Below are positions 8,152 to 19,236 of a stretch of DNA of 34,883 nucleotides, piece by piece; within the stretch, counting starts at the first letter, position 1, and each line of letters opens with the position of its first letter. The notes under the pieces are model-generated. The model did not search any database. It was not told the origin of the DNA and saw only the letters and a program-made list of their open reading frames with translations. Source of the DNA: Nemertoderma westbladi. Lineage: Eukaryota > Animalia > Xenacoelomorpha. A program made the translations under genes and the position numbers. Where the stretch lies: NCBI GenBank assembly GCA_032718475.1, contig JAUCBJ010005206.1, forward strand, positions 1 through 34,883. Direction: 5' to 3'.

Positions 8152-11100
8152 TTACGTTATGGAGTCCCTAGATATTTGTCGGATTAGGGAAGTGGTCGTA
8201 GGAAGAGTATCTTGCCTTCCATGGTTTCCGGACAGTTTTCGGTCTCTTTCCAGTAAACCTAAGCGACCAGCTGGGCGATTGGGTTGTCGTGTTACTTTCT
8301 CCGCTCCCTTGGCCTGTCTAATCTCCTCCGTGGTAAGATGAGGAGGCCATTCATCTTCTTCTTTACTTAGGGAGTCGGGTCCACCTAACCAGCCGGGAGT
8401 ATCTATCCGTTCTTGAGGAGTTGCTCCTCTGGAAGCGATGTCGGCTAGATTAATCGTCTCGGGGCGATGTCTCCATTGATCTACATTAGAGTTAATGTCG
8501 TCATTATCTGAGGAGTATGGTGTTCCCTCAGTTGGGTCGTCCACTTCACTGCTCTCCTTCTCCCATTCGCTTGCTTGGTAGACCCGTTCTTTGGGTAACC
8601 TCTCTATGAGAGTTCTTCTGGAAGGGCCAGTGAAGTACCAACCTACTCTAGTTCTTCCCGCATAGGTTTGTAGTGGTTGCGGTTGAGCAGGCCGTTTCTC
8701 CAATGTCTCGAGCGCCTCATGCGCGTTTTGGCCGATGAGTATTTGTACTCCAGGATAGTCTGTATGGAATCGAGCTATCTTAAGCTGTTGGATGCTCTCG
8801 TCCTTGTCCCAGTTATAAGGTTCTACTTGGGTAGTAGCGAAGTTCTTTATCGCCACCATTTTTACTGACCTTATACTTTGTTCTCCTAATTTATTCTGGG
8901 GTGTGGACAACGCACCTACATAGTAATCTGCCGTTATGGTAGATTTCCAAACCTGCATAATTCCTGACATGTTTAACTTGGTTCAGAACTTGGGTTGTCC
9001 AGCAAAGATGTCTTCGGCTAGTTCTTTGTCGATGAATGTTCCTGTGCTGCCGGAGTCAAGGAGAGCGTTCACAATATAACTCTTGTTTACGCCGTGGACT
9101 CTCAACTGCACTACGGGAAATTCTCGGATTCCTACGTTGGAAGTTGGTGCTTTCCAAGACGGTTGTCGGTCAGGAGTAGTTATGGGGAACTCACTGTCGG
9201 TGTCTTTTCCGTACGTAAGTGCTCGATACACTGCGGTATTTATTAGGTAACAGGATTCATTTTCGTCGGAGAATTCGTCCGTATAGAATCCTTCCATCTC
9301 AGAACTTTGGTCAGTGTCGTTCACATCACTGAATTGGACATGTAATTCGGGCTCACTTACCTGACTCGGGCTGTTTTGTTCGAATTCCGTGTGCAACAAG
9401 AGATGATGTTTCACGCCGCACTTAGCACACCTTGCGTCAGAGTAACAGGTTCGCCGCTGGTGTCCGCGTCTGAGACAGTTATAACATAACCGCTTATCCC
9501 ACATGACTTCACATCGGTCTACTAGGGATTTCTTTAGGAATTCCGCACACGCACTCAAACGGTGGGGCCCGTCGCACAGCGCACATTTTGGTTTGATGTT
9601 ACTCACTTTACCTTGGATAACGTTATGCACTCTCGTTCTTTCTTTGGGCTTTCTTCCGTGCATTCTGTTAGGAGACTGAGGAGGAGTCTTGGCAACCTGT
9701 TCTCTCCTATCATTGGTTTGAGACTTGTATTTACTTACGTCTTTTGAGGTTTTGTTAACATAGTAAGATCGTTCAGTGTCTTTCCCGCTGTTCTCCTCAT
9801 GGGAGGTCTGGCTTTCGCCCTCGTCTGTATAACACACGGGTATTATTTTTCTCCTAGAAACGGGTTTCTCACTTACCTGATTTTCCGATGTTTTCTCTCT
9901 GGACTGCTTTATGAGTTGTAATTTTACTTCATAATCTAGGAATGACATGAGATCAGCCATGGTAGGGCTCCGTCGTTGTTGCTCCATCATATACAACACT
10001 TTCTTGTCCCAGCGTGTACATACTCCACCCTTTGGTAAAGTAGAGACTACGGCTCCAATAACCATGGAACTCTGATATTCATGAGACTTACCTAACCAAT
10101 CCAATTGTCTACAGATCTCCTGAATCTCATCGGAAAACTCTATAATCCCGCTACTAAGGAACTTTCGGGGGGCTACTAGTTTTGCATACAAATACTTAGC
10201 TATGTTATCCTTGTTACCATACCTGATGTTTAATGTATCCCAAACTTGTCTTAATCCATTCGGATGTTCAATAAACTTCAACGCCATTAACTTGGGAGGT
10301 CCTTCCAAACACTTGATGAGGAATCTAAGTTTCTCTCCGCTAGATAGTACAGAGTTCTGTATGCTATCTTCGTAATATTCATTAAAAGGTAACCATTGCA
10401 TCTCATCTCCATTGAATTTGACGATTTCTCCCACTTTGACCGATTGGCGGGCTTCTGTTCTAGCCGTCTGACGCGTAAAGCTTTCTTGGGCCATCGTGTT
10501 ATTTAATATCGAATTATCGGTATATAAATTTATCGGATTATTATCAGGTCTATAGGGAATATCATCACCAACAGGTTTATAATCACCCTTGATAGGGTTT
10601 GCTATAGGAGTTTCTACGTCACTAGCAGTATAGATGCGTGTAGGCTCCACACCTTGCGCATGAAATACTTCAGGCCTAACAGGTTGACACATTGTTACAG
10701 GGGGTGTTGGTATACCCTTTTGCATATTTACTAATTTATCGCGTTCTAACGCGATACTTTGCTGCACCTTTTGCAACTCTAACCTACTTTCCCTGACTGT
10801 TCCCTTGAACTGGTCGACAGTCTCCTGCATCTGTCCGAGCAGGAGATTCATCCCCCGCCGCCCCTCCTCCACCCACTCGACCGCCGAAGCGGGAGTCGCC
10901 AACGTTGTGGCGGGCGGACGAGGGACCACGGGCGATAAATCCATTCGCTCGGAGTCCAAGACAGGAACCATTTCAGGGGCTGTTCTACTAGGCACAGATA
11001 GTTTCGTGCTGTGTAAAGGGAATTTAGAGGTTGTTCCCGTGAGTACAGGTGTCTCTAGCACCGAAGGGGTGTCTTCGAGAACAGGCCTAATTATTTCAGG

Positions 11101-12847
11101 CTCATCTGTTATAGTAGGGAGTCTGCTTACAGTAACAATTCGTTCTGTGTTCTGTACTACCTACGGCTGTGCTACCTAGTTGTTTTCTAACAGCTGGAGG
11201 CAAATCAGGCAATTTCTGACGGGGAGACGTTCTTTTACGTCTACTTAGACGAGATCTATGTCCTCCGCCTTCAGGATCGGTGGTATCGCCTTCATCAGAG
11301 GAGGTAAATCCCTGTCGTTTGGGAGTAAACCGATTCATCATCTGCATATTACTGGCTGTTAACTGTCTATTTATACTCACTTGACTTTCCTAAATATTTT
11401 CCAACTCTAGTTGGGTGATTTCTTCAGACACTCTCCGTTCCGTTTCTGCCAATTTTCTTTCTGCCTCTGCCACTGCAGCCTTTCTATCTGCCTCTGCCAC
11501 TGCAGCCTTTCTTTCTGCCTCTGCCGCTTTTCTTTCTGCCTCTGCCGCTTTTCTTTCTGCCTCTGCCTCTGCTGCCTTTCTTTCTGCCTCTGCCTCTGCT
11601 GCCTTTCTTTCTGCCTCTGCCGCTGCTGCTGCTACTGCCTTTCGATCTTCTATTCGTCTTTTCTTTACCTGCTCCTCCCGGGCTCTAACGATGCGGAGTT
11701 GTTCATCAAATTTAGCTTGGTTTGCAGCTAACATTTCCGCATCGATTGCGTCCAGCACAAGCTTGGCTCCTTCACTACTAGGGCGAAGTCCAGACAGCCG
11801 TCTCCTCAACTCTTCGTCCCCTACAAAACGTTGATAGTCTGACAGATAGATGTCAATGGCATCCCTCGTTCGCGGTCTCTCTGCTGTCACTTCGCTTTTC
11901 ACTTGAGAAAAGGTGGCATCGGTTGATTCTTCATAGGTTGGTCACTCAGCCAGCTGGGATTTCCACTGGGCCGTTTCTTGAACTTTGAGACCTACCCGCT
12001 GGAACCAAGTCTTGACAGCAACTTGCAGCGACGTGTCCTGCCTTCTTTTGGAAGTTTCCTCAAAGGCCGATAGGATTAGTCTAATGTATAGGGTTCTTTC
12101 ACGTACTTGATAAAGCAGCTCTTCCTGCTCTTGAGGTCCTTTGGGTTGTCAAAACAGTTGTTCTTCTAATCGCTCTAAGGAGCCGAAGAATCCCTGCACA
12201 TATCCTGCTGCCGACCTCTTCCAAACAGCTGGATCCATCGTATCTTTAGCCACTCCCATCCTGTGTATGTCTTCCCAGGTAGCTTCGGATAAATCTAACG
12301 GGAATCCGGGTCTGGGAAAGTTACATTGTGACTCGACAATAGACATCAATTCTTCCCTTGCGTATCCCGCATAACTATCTTGGGTCGATCGCTTACTTCT
12401 CGCCCAATCGACTTGGTGTTCCTCCACCGCAATCAATATTGTAGTTAGTACCGCGGCAGGAAGAGTGAGAAGGGGATCCGAATAAACTGTATCCGCCATC
12501 TTCACTCCGCGTTCGGGGGTCAGCTCTATAGTATCCGAACTACTGGAGCTATCGGGTCGCTGGGAACTAGGTTCTTGACTAGGATGTTGCTGCTGTTGGA
12601 CAGCTGCTTCTGGGTTCCGTTTGACCTGGGCCCGAGTGTCGATGATAGACCTACGGTGTTGGATTAGCCTAGGGTCTGATACTACTACTGTAGGGATGAC
12701 CTTGCTTACAGTAGGAGGGGACTTGGACTTTGGTCTCAGACGTTCTATACTCTTAGCTGAGTCCCAGATCCTTTTAAGACCCTGTCTAACACTCATTCTA
12801 GCACTTTCTAAGAGACTATCTGACAGTGTTTGTTTTGTATCAGACAT
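8152..12847 (-). pseudogene. gag: BEL/Pao Gag-protease polyprotein (~1560 codons), decayed; RT, most of RNase H and integrase core absent
   Basis: ORFs 12149-12847, 11390-11902 and 11102-11380 share one frame (stops at 12149, 11942, 11390). A frameshift near 11165 leads to 8983-11061, then a TGA and the in-frame 8152-8970. Motifs: KFNGDEMQWLPF...KLRFLIKCLEGPP...VWDTLNIRYG (Pao Gag core); CALCDGPHRLSAC, CYNCLRRGHQRRTC and CAKCGVKHHLLLH knuckles; ALLDSGS; ILIGQN...TRVGWYFTGP; then directly QWRHRPETINLADIASRG...WLGGPDSL...WP. Confidence 0.9.
11450..11640 (-). repeat. Coding 21/27-bp tandem repeats giving an (AE)AERKA coiled coil in the Gag N-terminal region
   Basis: Repeated TTTCTTTCTGCCTCTGCC on the plus strand; translation AEAERKAAEAEAERKA... 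Confidence 0.85.
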
Positions 12848-14091
12848 TTCGGTTTATACAGTTGAATGCCTACTGCTATAAATACAGTTAAAGCAAGTCT
12901 AGTAATTCAGTATTAACTGTTAGCCTAGTAATTAATTACCGATACTGCTACTCAGTGTAGCGTGATATATATATAATATATTAGAATACCGGTATGCTTA
13001 TAGTATATATAAGTATTGCAGACTAGGTTTGTCACAGAATACCGATATATAATTTCAGTGCAAATATATACAAATATATTTAACCTATTATAGATACCGG
13101 TATATCAATTATTTAGAATAATTAAATTTCTGAAATTATAGGGTTACTTAGTTACTTGAGTTTACTCTATTACCGTTATTCAAGCAGTAGTCCAACTGAT
13201 ATTAAGACCTAATTGTTGTATGACAGGCCTACTAGTTTATAAATCTTTTGAGTTGATTTATAATATATATATGTATATACCCGTATAAGGAGTTTTGTTA
13301 CAATATTGAAATACTGTAGATGTTACTATTTCTGGGAAATAATCACTACACAGAAGCTGTGCGCTATCAGTGAAGTGCTACTTATTGGACACTAAAACAA
13401 ATAATTCTACTGGCCTACCTTACTTATCTACAAATTACGTACAATATAAGTGAGATTACAATCTCTAATAAACACACGAAAATAATACGTACGAAATTTT
13501 AGGGCAATTTCACAGGGAAACTACAAACCAGTCTAACAAAGGGTTAGAACTTCTGGTTATTACAATGGATAGGATACTACGGTAGTTGAAAATAATAAGC
13601 AGAAGTAAATATACTGCGTTGTCCAGATAGGAAAATACCACCGCCTGACAACCTATAGCCGTATCGCAATAGGTACTACGTTATGTATCACGGAGTGTTC
13701 CTACCTAGAGGTTAATAGAACTAACGTGCCTATTAACCACTTTACAACACAAATATACTGCCCACACACTAATTACTTTCGGAAAGCACTGTACACTAAA
13801 CCCTAAATTAGGTACAAGTACTTGTAAAACAGTTAACCAGCAGTTAAATATACTTAAACAGTTAAAAGAACCACGGCATCTGCTGGAGTGACCGGGGCAC
13901 AAAGTCACCAGTCTTTACCTACGCCAAGCAGCCCGTGTAGTACCGGGGTTAATCTAACTATAACGGTATGTATAACAAGCACAATTACTGTAGGAATAAA
14001 CTTGGGGACATGAATGTTGCGAGTAATCGCATAAACTCTGAATAATAAATATTACGCTACCCGTACAGAATACTCAAACAAAATACAAACC

Positions 14092-14618
14092 AAACGCTGG
14101 CAGACTACTATCAAGCCTAAATAAACTACAGTATGTGCAGATTCCGAAATTGTTAGTTAGTATGCGTTCTAACACGGTAGTACGACTTATTCTTTAGAAG
14201 GGGGTTGACCTTACAACTACGAGATGCCCCAACTTACTAACTGGCACTTGATCAGACAAACTCTACACATGCGGCACTTTCTTCAGACCTAACAACAGCC
14301 AGACAACAATCCAGCTTACAAAATATCTGAATAATACTACGGTACCTGAACAGACTACACAAACAAACACAGGATAAACGCTGACAGACTACTATCAAGC
14401 CTAAATAAACTACAGTATATGCAGATTTCGAAATTGTTAGTTAGTATGCGTTCTAACACGGTAGTACGACTTATTCTTTAGAAGGGGGTTGACCTTACAA
14501 CTACAAGATGCCCCAACTTACTAACTGGCACTTTATCAGACAAACTCTACATACGCCGCAATCTCTCCAGACCTAACAACAGTCAGACAACAGTCCAGCC
14601 TACAATTATCTGAATAAT
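14092..14618. repeat. Direct duplication (~243 bp, period 284) in the element's 5' leader
   Basis: AAACGCTG.CAGACTACTATCAAGCC...TATCTGAATAAT at 14092-14335 and 14376-14618. Confidence 0.92.
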
Positions 14619-14802
14619 CTGAGCAGACTTACACGTCTTCTGGTCAATATTAACCTACAGATAAATAAGAACTGACAGAAATAAGTAAAATCTCAATAAA
14701 AACCAGGGTGGCCGTTCCCTGATTAAGTACTAAGACCTACCGGTATACAATAATAAAAATCGAATAATACTAATGTACTTATACTGGAAGTACCGGTTAT
14801 GA

Positions 14803-14992
14803 CAGTTGGGCCTACGGACCTACAGCAGTACCGGTTCAGGCAGTTGGGCCTACGGACCTACAGCAGTACCGGTTCAGGCAGTTGGGCCTATGGACCTACA
14901 GCAGTACTGGTTCAGGCGGTTGGGCCTACGGACCTACAGCAGTACCGGTTCAGTCAGTTGGGCCTACGGGCCTACAGCAGTACCGGTTCAGG
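14803..14992. repeat. 38-bp minisatellite, 5 copies, just inside the 5' LTR
   Basis: CAGTTGGGCCTACGGACCTACAGCAGTACCGGTTCAGG at 14803, 14841, 14879, 14917 and 14955, head to tail with no spacers. Confidence 0.95.
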
Positions 14993-15056
14993 TTTACCGG
15001 TCGACCGGTACTTTTCAACTTTATTGCTTACTGCAATTAAGATCAATAACTGTTAT

Positions 15057-16313
15057 TGTTCGCGCTTTTGAAGACCTTTAGCAGTTTAACCTGCCAAAAT
15101 TTATATGTCTTTTAGTTTATAAATCGACTTTAGCCTATGACAAGTATTTGATACAAATAAACACGACATTAGCCGAAGCCAGCCTATGCGCGATCATTCA
15201 CCCGTTGGATATACCCGGGAGGCTGGATTTGGAAGCTTTAATCTTATTGCGGTGTAAGCCTACTGTATTATTCGATTGATCGTTAATATATAATCTCTGA
15301 CAAATATTATTCACTTTCGGGAAATATTAGCAGTTCCTTTTGCCTTTAGGACGTGGCGCTCTATCTATATAAACAGAGCTATGACTTATACTAAACACAA
15401 CAGTATGGCTTAAGATTTACACATAAGGCGCATTCTTTAGGAGATGCTTTGTTATCAGTCAAGCTCATACACACTACCACACAATACTGCACACTGATCT
15501 GCCGACAGTTACTGAATTTGATCAAGCATAAAGAGAACAGCAATGGACTCATGTAGTATCTATGAAACAGCATTAGATTCACTACAAACCACAATAATAT
15601 AAGTCGCAATTGCTATATGTAACCGGTCTCTCTAACCTGTAGTGTATCAAGAAGATTAGGAAATTTGGGTTATTTATCGATGTTCTCCAAATAATAACAT
15701 TCAACCAACTGATACAAATAATAACAAACAGTAAAATGCAGTAAGACGGTAGATTAAGATATGATATGATAGATGGAGACATGAGTTGAGACATGACACG
15801 TATGATAACAGTTATGTGTTCTTATAATTAAAGCCGTTCTAATGTTGGCTAAAGTCTGAAACCCAGAGTCATTCCAAAGCCGGTGTTCCTTGGCCTAGGG
15901 AAAACTCATACTGACTCGCCTAGTACCGATCTGTAGAGTATCTCCACGGATAAAGTGAAAATCGCCCTGATTGGCTGTTAAGCTGAACAAAGAACTATGT
16001 GCCCAATGGCCGTTTCCATGCCAGCAACCAGCTGGTAGATGTCGTAATCTGAATCATCAAAGCTACACGGTGTGAGTGTACTGGGAACGGATTTGACGCA
16101 TTGCGGGTTTTTGTGTCTTGTTATGTCCGCTCAAGCACACATACAGAAGAATGACTTTTATGTCCGTTAAAACATCTACACGGTACTTTGCGGTCAAGGG
16201 GACTGATTATATCCGCAAAAGCCTTTACAGTAGGTTTTAGAGTATTTGAGCGCATTGGGGGAAAACTGGATTGCGGAGCAAAGGGCCAGTTATATCCCAC
16301 AAAAGCTTTTACA
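15057..16313 (-). repeat. 5' LTR (1257 bp)
   Basis: Direct repeat of 3886-5139; upstream of gag on the minus strand. Confidence 0.95.
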
Positions 16314-16790
16314 GTGTGTGTGTGTGTGTGTGTGTGTGTAGGGGTGTGTGGGTGTGTAGGTGAACTGGTTCAAACAGGGGACAATTGCATGAATACACAG
16401 CGACAAACCGGGGACGATCTACAATCCGGGGACGTCCCCGGAATGAAATGATATCAAAAATGGAATCTACGTACTAAAATTAATGGATTCTGAAAATTTC
16501 AGATCATTTCGGCGATGTCCCCTGTTCCACCCAAACCTGTCAAATACGTGTGTAAATTTGTGTTTTAGTTTTGAAAATTTCAATGACCCCAGTATAATGC
16601 GATAGTTTCAAGTGTCCCCTTTTCCATACGTTAATATAACATTCCAAACACACGTTGTAGTATGGGTGCTGTTGTTCAATGTGGGGACTGGAATCTACAA
16701 TGTAATAAATATTTTGTGATCTAATTTAACATTTTGACCAATCGCAGCAGTATGTGTGGCATGGTTCAAAATGGGGACTAGGAATTCATT
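16314..16790. repeat. GT microsatellite plus GGGGAC-rich dispersed element
   Basis: (GT)n, ACTGGTT, then motifs at about 16377, 16410, 16428, 16434, 16517, 16614, 16683 and 16773, with the perfect 18-bp palindrome TCCGGGGACGTCCCCGGA at 16425-16442. The segment 16377-16470 is repeated at 25172-25265. Confidence 0.55.
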
Positions 16791-17231
16791 GTCACCTAAA
16801 AGTAGAGATTAATTTTAAGTAAGTAGAATATATATGTCGAATGTGCCAATTTGGAAATCAAATACTTTAGTAATCGTGTTTTAAAGCAGAATATGGCGCC
16901 CGAATCGTTCGAATATATAATTTTATGACAAATTTTCCTGATAAACAACTTGATATACATTTGTAATATACAGTTGAAAGTGGTTCATGAAGGACATTCA
17001 TTATGAACGTTACGTTTCTTGCTATAAATTGTATAAGCGGATTCTGACTCAAATTCAAATTCAGTTACTTGGAAATACATCCATATCATCTTTACCAGAA
17101 ACATTTTCCGAATCACTATCAGAATTGCATAGATTGTTTTTATCTTCTTGAGAATCACCACAGACCATGTCACAGTTACTCAATGCCGGATAAATAAGTC
17201 ATGCCATGAACGCATGGTTTGCATAACAATA

Positions 17232-19190
17232 ACTACTACTACTAGGATCGGCATGCTGCATTGCAGCTGCATTTTTAAGAATGCTGTGCCGGCTTATCGA
17301 CAAAATTGCACCGCCACAACTCCCTATCACCCATGACATTTGCTAGATCATCCGCATCTTCAAGGCCAGTGTCCTTTAAGATGCGTCTCAAGAAAGTCAT
17401 GGGCTGTCCACCATGCTTATTCACTCCATGAGGCTGCCAAAGTACAAGATTATGCACTGGCTGGTCCTCACGGCGAAAGCAATGTCCTGCAAAGCGGAGG
17501 CAATTTTGTTCTATTGTCAAGCTTAGGGGAACAAATGAGACACCTCCAATGTTATATAGTGTATGGTTGGAGATGTGTGCATTGTACTTGACACAATGAA
17601 CCCGGCGTAGCATTTTTGTGAATGTGCCATCCAGAGATTTGGTGCCCTCAGCAGTTAGAGCCCAGCATGGACTCCCATAGAGGAGTACTGGAACTACTGC
17701 TGCTCTAAATAATCGGACCTTAAGTGTCCGATTAATTCTCGGTGACTTCCAAATCCTGGAAAGCCTATTCAAGGCTGCCCATGCCTTTCCCTTACATATT
17801 CGAAGGTCCTCACCTGACTTCCGGATCCATGATCCCAGGTAACAGAAGTCATCCACATGCTCAAGCATACTATCTTAGCTTATGCTCATCCGATCAGAGA
17901 CTTGCTGAGGACTTTCAAAGTTAACTGTCAAAATTTTGGTCTTTCTGGAGTTAATAAAAAGACCAACACTAGAAGCAGCATGTTCTAATGAGCTGAGGAG
18001 CCGTTGGGCTCCCTCTAGTGATTCTGAGAGTACTCCTAAGTCATCAGCAAAGTCTAGATCAGTTAGGTACTTGGCAGGATTTCCTCGACTTATGGAGCCA
18101 GTAGGTGGAATTATCATTACCCCATCATCATTATGATGATCTAAGGACATGCGTAGAACATAGTCAACAACAATTATGAACACGAATGGTGCAAGTGTGC
18201 CTCCCTGGAGGACGCCCCATAACACTTCAAATGGTTCTGTCACCGTCAACAGTAGACACAAATGTTGTCGAACCATCGTATACTGATCTTATTGCTGCAA
18301 TAATTTCATCAGGAATCCCATATAATGAAAGTATGCTGAACATACGTGAGCGAGAGACTGAATCAAAGGCCTTGAAGAAGTCAACAAAGATAACAGCCAG
18401 ATGCCTTTCTTTCTTTTTTGATAACTCTTCAATTATCCTTCTAAGTGCCAAAATGGGCTCCATGGTCCCACGACCTTTACGGAACACATTCTGATTTCCA
18501 CGGAGCAGTCTCTCAATGGGATCCCTGATGCGATTTAATATAATTATATTGTATAGCTTTGCAGCAATCGAGATCAATGAGATTCGCCGAAAAGAAACAT
18601 AGAGTGTTAGGTTGCCCTTCTTGGGAACTGGCACCAACTTATTTGTTTCCATTTCTTGTGGGACTCTTGTTGTTCGGTACATGTCTACTATGATGGGATA
18701 GATGAGCTTTAAACACTCAGGTATTTTAAAGACCTCAGGGGGAACACCATCTACTCCACTGGCACGATTGGTCTTAATGCTCTTTGCAGCAGCCTTCACT
18801 TCTGCAAAGGAGATATCACCAATGGGAATATCTGGGAGTACAGACTCAGACACTTTTACTTCTATAAAGTTATCAGGCAATACCCTGTCATTATTGAGGA
18901 GCTTTTCAAAGTGGGCTTTCCAACCATTGAGGCGATCGGCTGGTGATTCAGCCTTAACCTTGTTGGTTGGTTGGCTTTTTCGACCAGCAAGCAAGTTGAC
19001 CGATCTCCATGCCTGGGATGATTGCCTGCTGTCGTCAGCATCATTGATGGCATCAACCTGTTGGTTTATTAGCTCCTGTAAATTAACATAGTACTGCCTG
19101 TTCAGGGACCTAGATGCAACCTTAACTGCATTCTTGGCCGTTGTAGTCTGTTTGAGTCGGGACTCTTTCTGCGCCTTGTCTTGTAGAGGT
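17232..19190 (-). mobile_element. 5'-truncated RTE-type non-LTR retrotransposon, decayed RT
   Basis: RT motifs ASGVDGVPPEV, LVPVPKKGNL..FRRISLIS, QNVFRKGRGT, FVDFFKAFDSV, GVLQGGTLAPFVF, LDFADD and FCYLGS, plus C-terminal LRFAGHC, over three broken ORFs. No endonuclease domain. (TAG)4 tail at 17232-17243. Confidence 0.9.
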
Positions 19191-19236
19191 AATAACAACA
19201 CCAGACGCAGTTAACCTTGCCCCCAAACCCTAACCT

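Larger units (their letters stand above)
3886..16313 (-). mobile_element. Full-length non-autonomous BEL/Pao LTR retrotransposon (12.4 kb)
   Basis: Two direct ~1.25-kb TG...CA repeats, GTGTG on both flanks (3881-3885, 16314-16318), and a purine tract GGGAGCGG abutting the 3' LTR. The Gag has the BEL/Pao triple zinc knuckle followed by an ALLDSGS aspartic protease. Confidence 0.93.

Noticed and set aside
10805-12881. Plus-strand ORFs (ASA- and Cys-rich) opposite gag
   Set aside because: Antisense readings of the gag frame and its AEAERKA repeats.
14803-14992. CRISPR-like 38-bp repeats and ORFs 14799-15081
   Set aside because: Head-to-tail copies without spacers; the ORFs are by-products of the repeat.
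19225-19235. Telomeric repeat (AACCCTAACC)
   Set aside because: Only about 1.5 units; not an interstitial telomere array.
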